Source: Candidatus Xenobia bacterium | GTDB taxonomy: Bacteria > Vulcanimicrobiota > Xenobia > Xenobiales > QWHO01 | Reading direction: 5' to 3' | Length of the DNA stretch: 25,764 nt | NCBI GenBank assembly: GCA_045863235.1 | Contig: BTUM01000102.1 | Span: forward strand, 1 to 25,764 | Shown here: positions 8,201-16,029 of the stretch, piece after piece | How the letters are laid out: each line of letters starts with the position of its first letter | Numbering within the stretch: position 1 is the first letter of the stretch | The notes under the pieces: model-generated | What the model was told of the DNA's origin: nothing | Seen by the model: the letters and a program-made list of their open reading frames with translations, nothing else | Databases searched by the model: none | Position numbers and translations under genes: made by a program

Positions 8201-10706
8201 CTACATGGAGCGCGCCTGGACCTGGGTGCAGCGCGGCATGGAGCGCTGCCGGGTGACCTCGAGCCCGGCCGGGGTGGCTCGCGATCTGGACATCCTGGCC
8301 TGCTACGCCATCAGCTGCCAGGCCATCCTGGGCCGTCCCGGCGAGGCCATGGAGCAGGTCGAACGCCTGCAGGGCAAGTGCTCGCAAGATCACCTGGACC
8401 GCTCCCTGCGGGCCAACTTTTACGCTCACCAGCTGTCGCTTCACCTGGAGACGGGCGACCTGGGCGCGGCCATGGAGCAGACCGGGGCCTCCTTTCTGGG
8501 CCTGGGTCTCAACCCCGCCCTGGCCCCGCTCCACCGGCGCCACTTCTATGTGCTGTGGGCCTACTGCTGGCTGGAGCGCTGCCTGCAGCAGCCGGACGAC
8601 CTGCCCCGGGTGGATCAGGCCCTCAAGCTGCTCCGCCGCACCGCCAACCGGGTGGTGCTGGAGGCCCATTTGCAGGTGGCCCTGGGTGGGCGGAACTTCC
8701 TGGCCGGCCGCCATCCAGCCGCCCTGGCGGACCTGGCCCGGGCGCAGGACATGGCTGACCTGCACGACCTGCCCTGGGTCAGCTACCAGGCCGGACGCTG
8801 GCGAGCGCGGGTGCTGGCTGCCCTGGGCAAGAGCGACGGAGCCGCCCGCGAGGCGGGACGAGCCTACCGCCTGGCGGTGGAGCTGGGCTGGCCCCTGCGG
8901 GCGCGGGCCGTGGCCCGAGAGTTCTCCATGGGGCGCTCGGCCTCCACGCCCTCCGGCTCGGCCTCGGCCTCGGTCAGCTCCGAGCGAACCCGGGTGGCCA
9001 CCAGCGAGGTTTCACGGCTCGAGCGCCAGCTGGAGGCGCTGCTCAGCCTCAGCCAGGGAGCAAGCCGCGTGCTCAGCCTCAACGAGCAGGCTCAGAGCGT
9101 GCTCGATGAGCTGATCCGGCTGCTGGCGGCCGAGCGCTCCTACCTTTTCGTGGCCGACGACAAGGGGCTGGCCTTCGTGACCGGGCGCGACCGCACCGGC
9201 GAGACGCTGGCTGCTCCCAGCGGCTACAGCCGCACCGTGATCGAGACCGTCTACTTCAGCCATGAGCCGGTGGTGGTGGCCGGCACCGAGCAAGGCGCTG
9301 CCCTGGGAGCTGAGAGCGTGGTGGCCCACGACCTGCGCAGCATCATCTGCTCGCCTCTGATGATCCGCGGGCGCTGCGTGGGGGTGGTCTACCTGGACAA
9401 CCGGCTGGCCCGAGGGGTGTTCACCGAGGAGGACACCCACATCCTGACCGCCCTTTCGAGCCACATCGCCCTGGCCATCGAGTCGGCCCGGGCCTCGCAG
9501 CTGGAGCTTGAGGTGCAGCAGCGCTCCACCGCCCTGGCCTCCGTGTCGCGCGACCGGGAAGCCCTGCAGCGCTGGGTGGAGCGCCTGCGCCGGGTGCTGG
9601 AGGGGGCCCGCCAGATCGCGGCGGCGGTCGATCCTGCCCAGCTCTATGATCAGCTCCGCGGCACTCTGACCGAGCTGATCGCGCCCGACATCCTGCTGCT
9701 GGTGTCCACCGAGGGGGCCGTCAAGGTGCTGCTCGAGCAGGGGCGCCCCCAGGTCAGCCTGCGCTCCGGGCAGGCGCCCGGCCAGGGGCTGCCCGCCCAG
9801 CTCGAGGACTTCTGTCGGACCGTCAGCCAGGACGGCGAGGCGCTCCGCCTCACCCGCCTGGACAACCCGCTCTACGGGATGAGCAGCCTGCTGGCCGTGC
9901 CCATCCCGCCTTCTCTGGTGCTGGTGATGCTGGGCAAGCGCAACGAGCAGTTCGATCCCGAGCATCAAGACCTGGTGACGCTGCTGGCTTACCAGGCCAG
10001 CGCCGCCCTGGCCAACCTGGGGCTGCAGCGCCAGGTGACCGAGGCCTCCAAGCTGGCCGCGGTGGGCCAGGTGGCCGCGGGCGTGGCCCACGAGCTGAAC
10101 AACCCGCTGGGCGCGGCCCGGCTGGCCATCGACCTGGCCAGCTCGCTGGCCGAGGACCCGGAGCTGGTCCGCAAGCACCTGGCCTCGGCCGGCCCGCCCC
10201 TGGATCGAGCCGCCGGGATGGTGAACAGCCTGCTCAGCTATGCCCGCCGCTCGCCGCCGGGCGAGCTGAGCGAGGTGCATCTGAACGAAGTGGTCAGCCG
10301 GATGCTGGAAAACGCTCCCGAAGGCTGCCCCGTCGAGCTTCGCCTGCAGGGTGATCTCCCGGCCCTGCGCGGCAGTGGCCAGGAGCTAAGCCAGGTCGTC
10401 TTCCACCTGATCCAGAACGCGACCGACGCACTGGCCGAGGTGGAGCCCTCGCGGCGGAAGCTGCGGGTGAGCACCCGCCGCGAAGGCGAGCAGGTGGTCC
10501 TGGAGGTGGCCGACAGCGGTCCGGGCTTCACTGCCCAGGCTGCCGAGCGAGCCACCGAGCCGTTCTTCACCACCCGACCGATGGGCAAGGGCACCGGGCT
10601 GGGCCTGTCCATCTGCGACCGCATCGTCAAGCAGCACGACGGAAAGTTGAGCATCGGCCGCTCCGACCTGGGCGGGGCCAGCGTGTGCGTGCGGCTTCCG
10701 GTCTGA
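5295..10706 (+). CDS. Multidomain Ser/Thr kinase - AAA ATPase - helical/TPR - GAF - GAF-like - sensor histidine kinase (HstK-like)
   Basis: Kinase motifs LGRGARGVV, AVK, HRDVKPAN, DFG, APE. Walker A GQGGSGKS and Walker B LLLDDAH, plus GNPF and FVHDRIRE. GAF (SIICSPL...GVVYLDNR). H-box AHELNNPL, N-box LIQNATDA, DSGPG, EPFFTT, GTGLGL. Confidence 0.95.
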   Translation: MKVPEIPGYRIDGELGRGARGVVYRGKRGDVTYAVKVQNDPQDRSLLFYATLACIRHPGLPEIIEVGEAAGRPYLVREFVPGYTLQAELEAGPLEEGELVEVAKMLAGGLDQVHRHGLIHRDVKPANVVVSRAGTARLIDFGFATFVQSQPTDSAVGTYQYSAPEQTGMLDAPLDQRTDLYALGAVLFHCATGRPPYQAESTSELLRLHASAPIPLVRDYNPKISPALAQIIEKLLAKDPRDRYQTGQSLLADLRALTKLNQRLTEGQPVRLGETGQELRHQAQAMVGREAELEELSGGLEQTLRGRGVSALIEGQGGSGKSLLSQEFLRRAQSQRPLVLEARCMQGQVPFASIRAWVDSFFARLGTLPPVQRQPIESELRKFATERAGFLARLGPSAASFFGAQPEEGTGDQVFECAARFFLELARIHGSAVLLLDDAHQLDEAGHAVLRRLRLRLSEAPLMLLATARPGPGLDLYLDTAVPTTRLVLNPLTRAEVELMVYALLGSRPINPELVELITERSQGNPFTVQEYVRAMLVSGAVLPSLEGWRLEHRALQGLKLSDDILELVLQRISALDESLRSWLTTAAVYGTRFSLDDLAAVEGSALNLEPAVRANVIERSGPSTYLFVHDRIREAFLSELDPERSRQLHRKLAVGLEPLMTTRPELSYAVARHYALGEGRSTRVYETNLTAGSMALRDFAFEDAYQFLTQARQAAERGRSDWMEPLSLACERTNRVEEAIALIEQILEARPPALARAQCLHRLSKLRLSKLDRAQARAGCQQALAAMSQPVLDHPLWNVLAAGSYFTLWLLADWTGLGKKRLQGEARRRQETLAELYQSYSEGEYFEMHYPKMLEMGARACLTGHGLGPSPQLITSYANMMVFFGMLRKSELVERRARQIEALSDKLGDPVSHSHLQVMRHVALHIAGQCGAVDDGLDRTLLQKGHLTEPWVYLIGVADLAWVLMMRGYMERAWTWVQRGMERCRVTSSPAGVARDLDILACYAISCQAILGRPGEAMEQVERLQGKCSQDHLDRSLRANFYAHQLSLHLETGDLGAAMEQTGASFLGLGLNPALAPLHRRHFYVLWAYCWLERCLQQPDDLPRVDQALKLLRRTANRVVLEAHLQVALGGRNFLAGRHPAALADLARAQDMADLHDLPWVSYQAGRWRARVLAALGKSDGAAREAGRAYRLAVELGWPLRARAVAREFSMGRSASTPSGSASASVSSERTRVATSEVSRLERQLEALLSLSQGASRVLSLNEQAQSVLDELIRLLAAERSYLFVADDKGLAFVTGRDRTGETLAAPSGYSRTVIETVYFSHEPVVVAGTEQGAALGAESVVAHDLRSIICSPLMIRGRCVGVVYLDNRLARGVFTEEDTHILTALSSHIALAIESARASQLELEVQQRSTALASVSRDREALQRWVERLRRVLEGARQIAAAVDPAQLYDQLRGTLTELIAPDILLLVSTEGAVKVLLEQGRPQVSLRSGQAPGQGLPAQLEDFCRTVSQDGEALRLTRLDNPLYGMSSLLAVPIPPSLVLVMLGKRNEQFDPEHQDLVTLLAYQASAALANLGLQRQVTEASKLAAVGQVAAGVAHELNNPLGAARLAIDLASSLAEDPELVRKHLASAGPPLDRAAGMVNSLLSYARRSPPGELSEVHLNEVVSRMLENAPEGCPVELRLQGDLPALRGSGQELSQVVFHLIQNATDALAEVEPSRRKLRVSTRREGEQVVLEVADSGPGFTAQAAERATEPFFTTRPMGKGTGLGLSICDRIVKQHDGKLSIGRSDLGGASVCVRLPV

Positions 10707-10709
10707 CCC

Positions 10710-12392
10710 TCAGAGCCTCCCGTGCTTGGCCATGAGGGCCCGCTCGGAGTAGCCCAGCGACTCGCCGTACTCCCCCATTCCCTTGAGCAGCTCCGCCATC
10801 TGGTGCAGATAGGGATAAAGATACTTTCCGTCCTGCCCGTGGTGCTTCTCGGCGATCTCCAGGGCCCGCCTGGAGTATCCCACCGCCCCTCGGAAATCGC
10901 GCTGCACGCGGTACAGGTCGGCCAAAGAGAGCAAAGCTGCTCCCACCCGCTCGTGATCCGGTCCCAGACCCCGCTCGAGCAAGCTCAGAGCTCGATGATA
11001 CAGGGTCTCGGCCCGACCGAGCTGATCCTGGCGATAGTGCTGAGCCAGCTCCAGCACCCGCTGGCCCAGCTCCACGTCCTCGGGGTCGATCTTCTCGTGC
11101 ACCGCCACGGCCCGCTCCAACACCTCCAGGGCTTCCTTGGGATTGCGGCGCTCGAGGTGGTGCTGAGCCTGGTTGTCCAGGTGGGGCAGAACGCGCCGAT
11201 ACAGGCGCAGGGCTTGCTCCTGATCGCCCCGGTCCTCGCAGAGTTGGGCCAGCTTCATGAAGGTGGCCGTGAGGCGCGGGTCGTCCACCCGCATGGCGTG
11301 CTCGCGGGTGGCCAACACTTTGTGGAGCAAGGCCTGAGCGGTCTCGGTGCCGCCCCTCTCGCAGGCCACGTCGGCCAGCTGCTCCAGGATAGAGGCGGCC
11401 GCCAGCTGGGCCTCCGAGTCCATGGCATCGAAGGCTCCCGCGGCTGCCTCGGCCATCTCCACCACCTGCTCGCGCAGGTGTCCCATGAGCTGCTGCCACT
11501 CCTCGTCCTCGAGCACCCCGCTCAGGTTCAGGTGCCGCTTGAGCCCCGGGCAGTGCACCAGCCCGCGCAGCTCGACGAAGGGCAGGTCCGGGTCGGGGTC
11601 AGGGAAGGCGATCCCGTCCACCAGGAAGTGCAGCCGGGTCTCATCGCCGGGTCGCCCCAGCCCCAGCGAGCTGGCAAAGTTGGCCGGCGAAGAGCGCGAC
11701 TTCTCGAGGGGATCGCCCACCACGCTCTCGCCCGGCATGACGATGCCGGGGCGGGTCCAGCGGCTGGTGACCAGGCACCTCCCCAGGTCGACCTTGCGGT
11801 TGATGGACTGGCCGTTGACCGTGATCTTGGGGGTGGCCTGAGCGCACATGCGGGCGATCAGGTCTCCCTCGGGAGGAAAGCCCGTGACCATCTTCATCAG
11901 CTTGGTCAGGCGACGCGGCTCGCGCACCTGCACCCGAAAGGTGGCCCGAGGGTCGGTGAAGCCGGTCTTGAGCGCCTCCAGCTTGTGACCGGTGCCCAGC
12001 AGCTGGTAGCGGCTTCCCCCCCAGGAGCCCCAGGTCTCCACGGTGACCGACTTCGGGTTCATGGCCATGGCCGCGTTCAGACCCACGGCCAGGTCGACCA
12101 GGTAAGCGCGCTCGGGGAGGGCGCCCGAGTGGAGCATGTGCCCGAACAGGCCCTCGAGCTCCTCGGGAGTGGGGGTGCGGCCGTCGCGCAGCAGCACGAA
12201 GTCGTTGGAGTCGTTGGTAATCTTGACATAGCTCGCATCGGCCGTGACCGCCGAGGCGACCAGGGCCAGCACGTAGGCGTGCGGCTCGGCGGGCAGGTGA
12301 CGGTTGAGCCGCTCGCGCACGTAGCTCTCCTCCATCACGCCGGGGTTGTTTTGAAGCTGAAGCTGCTCGAGGAGCCAGGGTGCCAGGGTCAT
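10710..12392 (-). CDS. Tetratricopeptide-repeat protein with degenerate GHKL/HATPase-like N-terminal region
   Basis: C-terminal kinesin-light-chain-like TPRs (AETLYHRALSLLERGLGPDHERVG; YSRRALEIAEKHHG). N-terminal LALVASAVTADASYVKI...DG...LAVGLNAAM...VTVET resembles decayed GHKL boxes (weaker call). Confidence 0.8.
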   Translation of the reverse strand: MTLAPWLLEQLQLQNNPGVMEESYVRERLNRHLPAEPHAYVLALVASAVTADASYVKITNDSNDFVLLRDGRTPTPEELEGLFGHMLHSGALPERAYLVDLAVGLNAAMAMNPKSVTVETWGSWGGSRYQLLGTGHKLEALKTGFTDPRATFRVQVREPRRLTKLMKMVTGFPPEGDLIARMCAQATPKITVNGQSINRKVDLGRCLVTSRWTRPGIVMPGESVVGDPLEKSRSSPANFASSLGLGRPGDETRLHFLVDGIAFPDPDPDLPFVELRGLVHCPGLKRHLNLSGVLEDEEWQQLMGHLREQVVEMAEAAAGAFDAMDSEAQLAAASILEQLADVACERGGTETAQALLHKVLATREHAMRVDDPRLTATFMKLAQLCEDRGDQEQALRLYRRVLPHLDNQAQHHLERRNPKEALEVLERAVAVHEKIDPEDVELGQRVLELAQHYRQDQLGRAETLYHRALSLLERGLGPDHERVGAALLSLADLYRVQRDFRGAVGYSRRALEIAEKHHGQDGKYLYPYLHQMAELLKGMGEYGESLGYSERALMAKHGRL

Positions 12393-12456
12393 GGAGGCTA
12401 CTACCTGCTCTGCGCCCGGGCTTCCTCCACCCTCTCCCAGACCGTTTCGTACGACT

Positions 12457-13482
12457 CTAACGGGTGACGCGGAAATTCCAGTCGTCCCAGCCCGGGCCGT
12501 CCACCTTCACCTGGTTGCCGTCGCGGGTCACGTTGTAGCTGTAGGCGTGACCCTCCTGACGCGTGGTGGTGCCGTGCTGGCTGACGTCGATGCGGTGAAA
12601 GGCCGGGCCGCGCACCTGTATCGAGTCGCCCTGGCGGGTGACGGTGTAGTCGTTGAAGAGCGGGCCGTCCACGTTGAGCTGGTCTCCCTGGCGGGTGATG
12701 ACATAGTCGAGGAAGACCGGCCCGCGAACCCGGGCGCCGTTCTCGGTGCGGGTCACCTGGAAGTTCCCCCACAAAGGCAGGTCCACGCGGGTGGTATCGC
12801 CCTCACGGGAGATGTTCCAGTCGGCCCAGAGCGGCCCGTCCACGCGGACGCGATTGCCCTCGTGGGTGATGCGATAGCTGCCCGGGCCGGAAGGGTCGAC
12901 GGTGACCCCGCCGCCGTCCCGACGCACATCGATGCGGTTGAAGATGCCTGGCCCGTCGATGTCGACGTGGCTGGCCGCGGCTCCGCGGCTGGTCTCCTCG
13001 AAAGCCCGCTCGGGGATCAGGGACAGGTTGCCGTGCAGGTCCAGGAAGACCCCGCTGCCCAGGTACACGCCCACCGGCGAATACTCCACGTTCTCGGTGT
13101 GGGAGTCGCCGTCGGAATCGGTCTCGGTACGGGTCTCGCGATGGAGATCGATGCGAGCGGTGCCCTGGGGCAGCACCTCCACGCCGAAGTCACCGGTGTG
13201 GTTGGCGTCCACGCTGATGCCGGCGGGGGGAAGGTTGGTGGTGATCGTGTCGCTGATGGGGGGCACCGAGGGACCGCAGCCGGCCAGGGTCAGGGCCGCC
13301 AGGCCCAGGCCCACGAAGGCCGCGGTGCGCCCCCAGCCGCGCTTCTCGGACGGGGCTTCCTCAGCCGGCCCGGGAGCAGCTGACAGGCGGACCTGGTCGG
13401 GGGGCGCTTCGGGAACGGTTGCGGGGCGGCTGCCAGGGGGAGGCGCGTAGGCCATCGAGGAGGAGGCAAGCGGCTGGATCAT
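12457..13482 (-). CDS. Putative lipoprotein with ~9 tandem 19-aa beta-hairpin repeats
   Basis: Hydrophobic stretch and lipobox LAGC (Cys codon 13278-13276). Repeats such as VRVDGPLWADWNISREGDT / ARVRGPVFLDYVITRQGDQ / LNVDGPLFNDYTVTRQGDS. Start placed at ATG 13482 from the promoter motif (ORF track gives 13500). Confidence 0.8.
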   Translation of the reverse strand: MIQPLASSSMAYAPPPGSRPATVPEAPPDQVRLSAAPGPAEEAPSEKRGWGRTAAFVGLGLAALTLAGCGPSVPPISDTITTNLPPAGISVDANHTGDFGVEVLPQGTARIDLHRETRTETDSDGDSHTENVEYSPVGVYLGSGVFLDLHGNLSLIPERAFEETSRGAAASHVDIDGPGIFNRIDVRRDGGGVTVDPSGPGSYRITHEGNRVRVDGPLWADWNISREGDTTRVDLPLWGNFQVTRTENGARVRGPVFLDYVITRQGDQLNVDGPLFNDYTVTRQGDSIQVRGPAFHRIDVSQHGTTTRQEGHAYSYNVTRDGNQVKVDGPGWDDWNFRVTR

Positions 13483-13524
13483 CGCGCGCGGAGTATGCAT
13501 GCGGGGGCTGAAATTTTTCTGAAA
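13483..13524 (-). promoter_or_regulatory. Direct-repeat operator plus -10 box (TTTCAG-N5-TTTCAG-N10-CATACT)
   Basis: Minus strand: TTTCAG aaaaa TTTCAG cccccgcatg CATACT ccgcgcgcg ATG. Spacing is identical to 15988-16029. Confidence 0.7.
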
Positions 13525-13600
13525 GTGAGCTCAGTCCAGGCGGCGTGTCGCCCGGGTCGACCGGGGAATGTCCTCAGTTCAACCTGGTCAATCGATCAGG

Positions 13601-14626
13601 TCAAATCGTAACCAGCACCTTGAGCGACTCGCCCGCTCGGGCCGTCAGGCGGCAGGCCTGCAAGGTCTCGTCGAGGGGGAAGCGGTGGGTGACCAGGTCG
13701 TCGGAGGCCAGCACACCCTCACGGATCAAATAGAGCGTGTCGCGCGTGTCGTCGGGGCCGCAAGAGTAGCTCGAGACCAGGCTGATCTCGTTGAAGAAGA
13801 GATGATGCGGCTCGACCTCGAGCTTCACGCCCGGCTCCGGGCCCATGAAGAGGAGCACGGTGGAGCCCCGGCCGGCGCACTCGATGCCGGCCAGGATGGC
13901 GGCGGAGCTGGAGGGGCCCACCATGACCACGTCCGCTCCCCCCTCTGTCTGCTCGCGAACCAGCTCGGCAAAGTGCTCGGGCTCGGACACGAAGTCGGCC
14001 CCTGATTCGAGCCCCTTCTCGCGCCGCCAGGCCACCGGGTCGCTGGCCAGCACCAGCTCGGCCCCGTAATGGCGGGCCAGGCGCACCATCACCTGACCGA
14101 TGAATCCCAGCCCCAGCACGGCCAGACGCTGGCCGGGCTGAAAGCCGGCCCGGCGGAAAGCCTTGACCACACAAGCCACCGGCTCGATCAGCGTGCCGTC
14201 CTCGAAGGTCAGGTAGGAGGGCAGGTGCAGGGTATCCCCTTCCAGATTCTCGCGGGGCACGCGTACGAACTCGGCCAGCCCTCCCGGGTCGAGGTTGGTG
14301 CCGCGCCAGGTGGGACACATCGTGTAGAAGCCGCGCAGGCAGTGACGACAACCAAAGCAAGGAGCGTGGTGGTGCACGAAGACCCGGTCGCCCGGCTTGA
14401 AGCGGGTGACCTGCGCGCCCACCTCCACGATCACCCCGGCCGGCTCGTGGCCCACCACGGTGGGACACTTCTTGCGGATGTACCAGGGGGTGACGTCGCC
14501 CGAGCAGATGCCGCAGGCCTTGATCTGCACCAGGGCTTCCTGAGGGCCGCAGTCGGGCACGGGCAGCTCCTGCAGTTGCACGTTGTCATAGTCGAGCGCC
14601 ACCGCGGCGCGCATCGTCTTGCTCAC
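13601..14626 (-). CDS. Zn-dependent medium-chain alcohol dehydrogenase (sorbitol/threonine DH-like)
   Basis: CGICSGD, GHEPAGVI, structural Zn motif CFGCRHC-x7-C, IEPVAC and Rossmann GLGFIG. GTG 14626 has a GGAG RBS and a GTGA overlap with the upstream stop (alternative ATG 14632). Confidence 0.93.
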   Translation of the reverse strand: MSKTMRAAVALDYDNVQLQELPVPDCGPQEALVQIKACGICSGDVTPWYIRKKCPTVVGHEPAGVIVEVGAQVTRFKPGDRVFVHHHAPCFGCRHCLRGFYTMCPTWRGTNLDPGGLAEFVRVPRENLEGDTLHLPSYLTFEDGTLIEPVACVVKAFRRAGFQPGQRLAVLGLGFIGQVMVRLARHYGAELVLASDPVAWRREKGLESGADFVSEPEHFAELVREQTEGGADVVMVGPSSSAAILAGIECAGRGSTVLLFMGPEPGVKLEVEPHHLFFNEISLVSSYSCGPDDTRDTLYLIREGVLASDDLVTHRFPLDETLQACRLTARAGESLKVLVTI

Positions 14627-15237
14627 AGGCATTCTCCCATCCTGACAGTCCCCGACCGATCCGCGCTGCCCTTGAAGGCGGAGAGTTCATCGAGCAACTC
14701 CAGGGCGTCCTCAATATCCTGCCGGCGGTAGCCCCGCACCGCCTGAATGGTGATCTGCTCATAATGAAGTCGAGTGGTGTCCAGTTGCACCGGCTCGGGT
14801 CCGGCCTCGAAGAGCAGGATGGTGCCCCCGCGCGCCACCTTCCACTGGGCCGCCTCCAGGTCGCCGTCGCAGACGGCCACCAGCTCGGCATCCTGGCTGA
14901 CCAGCGGGGGCCTCCCCCACTCGCGGCACAGCCGGGCCAACAGGTCCTCGCCCTGCACCGCCAGGCTCTCACCGGTGGCCAGCGAGAATCCGTGCAGAGC
15001 CCGGGCCAGGGGCTCCAGCCAGCCCACTTTCTCGGGGGGCAGGCTCTGCGGCTTGACCCGAGCACAGGCGGCCGGAACCCTCTCCCCCTCCGCTCGCTCG
15101 GGCTCGAGACAAAGGCTCTCGCGCCCGCCGAGGCATTCATCGCAGGCCAGGCAGGGGGCCTGAGAAACGACCAGCACGGGCTGCCCCACCTCGAATCCGG
15201 GGGCAGCTTCCACCACCACTCCATCGCGAACGATCAT
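14623..15237 (-). CDS. Truncated/degenerate Zn-ADH-like protein (probable pseudoenzyme)
   Basis: Retains CLACDECLGGRESLC, WLEPLARALHG, VARGGTILLF and LHYEQITIQA. Lacks the catalytic Cys/GHE and the GxGxxG motif. 204 aa. Confidence 0.75.
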   Translation of the reverse strand: MIVRDGVVVEAAPGFEVGQPVLVVSQAPCLACDECLGGRESLCLEPERAEGERVPAACARVKPQSLPPEKVGWLEPLARALHGFSLATGESLAVQGEDLLARLCREWGRPPLVSQDAELVAVCDGDLEAAQWKVARGGTILLFEAGPEPVQLDTTRLHYEQITIQAVRGYRRQDIEDALELLDELSAFKGSADRSGTVRMGECL

Positions 15238-15593
15238 GCTCGACAGGGCTGAGCCAACTCCACCAGATTGCCTTCCGGATCCTCCACGATCAAGAGCCGA
15301 TCCCCCCAGGGCGCTTCCAGCGGGCCGCAGCGACGTCGGGGAAGGCCCAGATAGGGATCGAGATCGCTCACCCGCAGGCTGAGCACGACCCCGTCGCGCG
15401 GGCCGTCGCCGGGCTCGCCCAACCCGTAACGCTGCCGATCTCCGGCCGAGAGGAAAGGGTGCAGGTGCAGCTCGACCTCAGGGCCGAGCCGCAACCGTCG
15501 CTCGCTCAGGACCTCCAGGCCCAGCTCGTCGCGGTAGAACGCCAGGGTGGCCGTCACGTCCCGGCAGGTCAAAAAGAGGCTCTTGAGCTGCAA
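15234..15593 (-). CDS. VOC/glyoxalase family protein
   Basis: LAFYRDELGLEV, LSLRVSDLD and PWGDRLLIVEDPEGNLVEL. TTG start at 15593 lies just after the upstream stop; ATGA overlap with the next gene. Confidence 0.88.
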   Translation of the reverse strand: MQLKSLFLTCRDVTATLAFYRDELGLEVLSERRLRLGPEVELHLHPFLSAGDRQRYGLGEPGDGPRDGVVLSLRVSDLDPYLGLPRRRCGPLEAPWGDRLLIVEDPEGNLVELAQPCRA

Positions 15594-15597
15594 GAGC

Positions 15598-15963
15598 TCA
15601 GCGTTTCTTCTTGGGCGAACCGGAGGACGGGCTGCCGAACATCGACTGCAGGCGGCGCTTCTCCTCGGCCACCGCGTCCTGCTCATCGTCGAACATGCTG
15701 GCCAGGCCTCGCTTTGCTTTCGCCTGAGCGTCCCGTTCGGCGGCGAACAGGTCGGGCGCCTTCTCGGCTTCGGGCTCGGGAGGCAGGTTGCTCGGGTCGA
15801 GCAACCCCGCCAGGTCCTGTTTCTTGCGAGCCAGCTCGTCGGGGGTATCCCCCCAGATGTCAGCCAGGCCGGCGTTGCGCCGCTCCTGCTCGCGCACCGC
15901 CTGGTCGAGCCAGTCCTTGGTGCCGGATTTCTTGACCTCTTTGCGCGACGGTAGATCTTTCAT
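15598..15963 (-). CDS. Small charged hypothetical protein (121 aa) with repeated L-x-x-hydrophobic-hydrophobic-(D/G) motifs
   Basis: The C-terminal part of ORF 15598..16632 from ATG 15963 (MKDLPSRKEVKK...) has host-like codon usage and heads the tightly packed operon. The upstream part is an antisense shadow of the YiiX gene. Confidence 0.75.
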   Translation of the reverse strand: MKDLPSRKEVKKSGTKDWLDQAVREQERRNAGLADIWGDTPDELARKKQDLAGLLDPSNLPPEPEAEKAPDLFAAERDAQAKAKRGLASMFDDEQDAVAEEKRRLQSMFGSPSSGSPKKKR

Positions 15964-15987
15964 GCCGGAAGGTTCCCCACGGCCCGG

Positions 15988-16029
15988 TTTCAGCCCTGTT
16001 TCAGCAGCTTGCAGCATACTGAGAAAGCG
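15988..16029 (+). promoter_or_regulatory. Direct-repeat operator plus -10 box (TTTCAG-N5-TTTCAG-N10-CATACT)
   Basis: TTTCAG(15988) ccctg TTTCAG(15999) cagcttgcag CATACT(16015) gagaaagcg ATG(16030). Confidence 0.7.

Noticed and set aside
5171..10654. Long overlapping ORFs (5217..6953-, 7002..8765-, 9012..10280-, 5171..6625+, 7571..8758+)
   Set aside because: Antisense or off-frame shadows of the motif-rich 1803-aa kinase; expected in high-GC DNA.
10722..13383. ORFs 10722..12467+ and 12391..13383+
   Set aside because: Antisense shadows of the TPR protein and lipoprotein, with no recognisable motifs.
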